DNA of 64,000 bases from Macrostomum lignano (lineage: Eukaryota), in the NCBI GenBank assembly GCA_002269645.1, contig NIVC01000561.1:1-64000 (forward strand). The letters run 5' to 3'. The position numbers and the translations under genes were made by a program. Each line of letters begins with the position of its first letter. Position 1 is the stretch's first letter. This document shows positions 60,706 to 64,000 of this stretch, piece after piece. The notes beneath the pieces were generated by a model, which saw only the letters and a program-made list of their open reading frames with translations, ran no database searches and had not been told where the DNA came from.

Positions 60706-63317
60706 ATTTCGAAGACGCAATTTTTAGTTAGAAAAGAGATTAAGAGATTGCAAGTATGAAGCCGAGAACAGAAGATCAAAGTCATAAATTATTGACTACC
60801 TCTTTTGCCAAGGTGTTATAAATAGCTGCCGGATATCATTACGAGTCACTGAAAGAACAAGCAATGCTGCGAATACTTTGAAGTGAACGTATTGAAGCAT
60901 TGTAATTTGTATTTCGCTCCTTAATAACAAAGACAAGGGATTATGGAAAGACCTGCGGAATGCTGACCTATTATAGACTATATATACTGTCTCTTACTTA
61001 CTTATGTGTACGAGCGTACACATAGGTCGATGATAAGCTCTCTTCACTTTCTGCCTTCCCATTTCAATCAGTTATATTATATACCGGTACAAGCTAGTGA
61101 TTGACCGAATTTACGAAGGAGACGTACATGTATTAAGGCCGCCGGAAAAGAATTAGTGGGAGACGGAGAAGATCGAGCATCAGTCTTCACTCTTCAGCTC
61201 CGGCAAGGATTCGCCAACAGTCATTCTTCGCTACCGAGTCCCGCCAAGGGGTAGGGGAGCTCGCGAAAAGTTCTGAACTCGTAAAGTTCGTCTCGTCCGT
61301 CTTTACCATTCCTTTCTCTGTCTCGCTCTCTCTCTCTATTCCGTTCTAACCACCCAACCGCTCACTCTCCCCGACTGATGCTGGACAGCATTGGGCGAGG
61401 CCGGGGCTTGACTGAGTATTTGGGAACGCAAGAAGGTCGACTGCACCGACCCCACCAGCCACCATGCACCGACCATTGCACCCTATTCTCATCCCATATT
61501 GCCGCCGTAATTGAGCTCAGCAATGTGAGTGTCCCCTTGAGATTTTATACACAGTCTGGTCTGTGTGATTTAAATGGCTTTATTCCGATACTTTATACAA
61601 CCGGCTTTATTATGCAGACTTATGGTAACCAATTTATCTCTGAATTATTTTTCGCATATTTCGGCATATTATGCCGGCTGAAGCCAATAAAAATGCCGCT
61701 TCAGTTGCACTATTCCGCGTTATTACGCGTCTGACCAAGAGGCAGTCTGCGTGGGTTCGCTTTCCAGTTTCCACCAGCTGTGATTTCGTTTTTTGATTCC
61801 TATTTTATGGTGACCTGCTTTATTTTTAACGACTCCCACTTTTGTTTTGACAGTGATTAAAAATCTGGTTGAGGGGTTCCCAATAAGTACACAAGCACCC
61901 TTAAATTAAGCTAAAATCACTGTTGTCTGAATCAGTTCAGCCCTCCCCCACTTATTTTAATTGCAGTCACCACTTCTACCCCGCCACTGAATTCTCATTG
62001 GCTGACGCTGGGCGTCTGATTTCTTATTACTGTTTACAACCCGGCCCGCCAGACACTCACAACCCCATCCCCAGTAAATGTTAAATCGATAAAAACTTAA
62101 AGAGCCACGCGAATGAATGACCGTTGCAATCCTTAAGTCTGACTTTAAAATTCTGTCTGAATATCAAGCTCGGGCTTTTATAAAAAACAAACAGATCGAA
62201 GTCTTATTTCGCTTGACAATTTTTTTCTTATCAACTTAACAAACAATCAAACCACCATCACCGTTTGTGATAATAGTGAGGTAACTATCAGAAACTTTCT
62301 TTGGACTCGGTTTATTTTCACAACAACAAAAAATAAACAGCACGTCTGAAGACTCTGAACACCAAAACAAATCAACAACTTTCCTTACACAGTAAAACAA
62401 AACCTTTGAACTACTAAAACCAAATAAGATAAACTTTTGTAAATTACTAACACTGAAGTACTACAACCCCAGAGGTTAACTGATTTAATATCGGAAGATA
62501 TTGCTATAGCCCAAAAAAGCTATAGCAATAGAAACAAGCAAATAACAAATAACAATAATAATGATAATAATAAAAACTTGAAGCCAAACAAACGTAAGTT
62601 GAGCACAATAATAAACACACAAAGCGACCATATTATAAACGTTTAGCTATTGTTGAACACTGATTGGAACCATATTTTAAAACAACATAATATTATTAAT
62701 ATTTATAAGTTAGGCAAGATAAACTGGGAGAGCTTGGGTTTGCAGTCTTGATGTATAAAAATGAGATGTCGACCTGAAATAAGCAGATCTCCAAACTAAA
62801 TTATTTACAGTGACAACAAAACGGGCAGTTATAGTTTTCGAGTTTCTGTTTCAGCAGGCAAGAATTTCCAATACATTTTCCTATCTATCGAGCGCATAAT
62901 AAGTAATCTACTATTATTGTATAACAGCTTGAAAATATTAATTTATGATGAATCGACCAGAAATGCACTGTTAAATTCGTCACACAATTATTCTCAATTA
63001 ACAAGTAAATAAATATTGCTTGAGTAGGGGAGGGGAGGGCCAGGAGGATAAAGATTGGATTATTTTGTATTAGTAAACTATCTGGCAAAAATTATAAATA
63101 TCCCTCGAAAATCGCTTTTGTTTAAATTGGAGAAACTTTTAATTGGCGCCAATTTGATTTTACTGATTAATGCAAAGCTATACAAAAACGATTTTCGAGT
63201 AATTTATTCAGTAGATTTTGTTAAAATTCGTTGATTATCTGACTTCAACAAGGCATGGCACGGGTAGTATTTAAGTTATTTAATTAAAATAGCTAATAAT
63301 GCGTTGCTATGCGGAAC

Positions 63318-64000
63318 TTATGCGTGACAACCGCCATAGCCGGAGTCTTTGTTGCACAGCCGGTTCTGGCAGCCGCGGTAGTCGGAGAAAGACGAGGCCG
63401 CCGAGGCGATTCGAGACGTTGACGCGATCGACTCCAGCTCTTCGAGTGAGGCGCAAGAAGACGGCGGTGGAGGCGGTGGCATCGGCTGAGTCTGAGTCGC
63501 CACCTCTTGAGTGACAGCAGCCTCCTCCCGCTGAAGGAAGGGATGATGCAGCATCTGCTGGAGGCTGGGCCGCTTGGCCGGATCGGCCTGCAGGCAGGCA
63601 TTGATCAGGTCCCGGCACTCTGGGCTGAGCTTCCGCTTGAACAAAGGCGTACAGTCGCAGATCTGGTCGTCCCGTTCGAATGGTACATCGCCGCAGACCA
63701 TATCGAATAGCAGGATGCCCAGCGACCAGACCTCGGCCTGCTTGCCGTTGTATCGCCGGTGCTGGATCCACTCTGGCGGGCTGTACACCCTGGTGCCATT
63801 GAAGTCCACGTAGTCAGCTTCTCGAAGCAGAGCGCCGGAGCCGAAGTCGATCAGGCGGAGAGTGCCGTCGGCCAGGTTGACGAGCAAATTCTCGTCCTTG
63901 ATGTCACGGTGCAGCACGCCAGCTTCGTGGCATTCGGTCAGAGTGTGCAGCAACTGCCGCATCAGGTCCTTGGCCTCGGTTTCATCCAGGTATCGCTTAG
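63318..64000 (-). CDS. Pim: Pim-family Ser/Thr kinase, C-terminal part (5' end outside the window)
   Basis: HRDIKDENLL, LIDFGSGA, GTRVYSPPEWI, VWSLGILLFDMVCGDVPF; frame open to the window edge (KRYLDETEAKDLMRQ). Confidence 0.93.
   Translation of the reverse strand, partial: KRYLDETEAKDLMRQLLHTLTECHEAGVLHRDIKDENLLVNLADGTLRLIDFGSGALLREADYVDFNGTRVYSPPEWIQHRRYNGKQAEVWSLGILLFDMVCGDVPFERDDQICDCTPLFKRKLSPECRDLINACLQADPAKRPSLQQMLHHPFLQREEAAVTQEVATQTQPMPPPPPPSSCASLEELESIASTSRIASAASSFSDYRGCQNRLCNKDSGYGGCHA

Noticed and set aside
61378-61734. 118-aa ORF with a GTGAGT donor at ~61525 after a CT-rich tract
   Set aside because: No recognisable product or downstream exon; it may be a non-coding first exon.

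Overview
Eukaryotic (metazoan) genomic DNA: small GC-rich spliced exons separated by introns packed with mini- and microsatellites. This style resembles the flatworm Macrostomum lignano (inference only). It is not prokaryotic, and I found no CRISPR, rRNA or tRNA. Contents left to right: (1) a giant minus-strand coding region (~11.9 kb, running off the left edge) of unknown family, whose 3' part is at least 7.7 near-identical ~935-bp (~312-aa) tandem repeats of a charged helical unit plus one diverged copy, broken by frameshifts that look like array assembly errors; (2) a multi-exon minus-strand kinesin-3 of KIF16B type (motor, neck coil, FHA, long low-complexity tail; 39432 to at least 15755) with atypical switch-I and P-loop residues and no recognisable PX domain, whose last traceable exon could splice in frame onto the giant repeat ORF; (3) a plus-strand synaptotagmin-14-like gene; (4) a plus-strand LACTB gene; (5) the 3' part of a minus-strand Pim kinase. 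Also present: three non-autonomous DNA transposons with TIRs and target-site duplications, ~25 intron-specific satellites, a telomere-like tract and a long hairpin. Most long ORFs in the supplied track between 14.8 and 60.8 kb are satellite read-throughs. Exon coordinates were read by hand from GT/AG sites and frame continuity.
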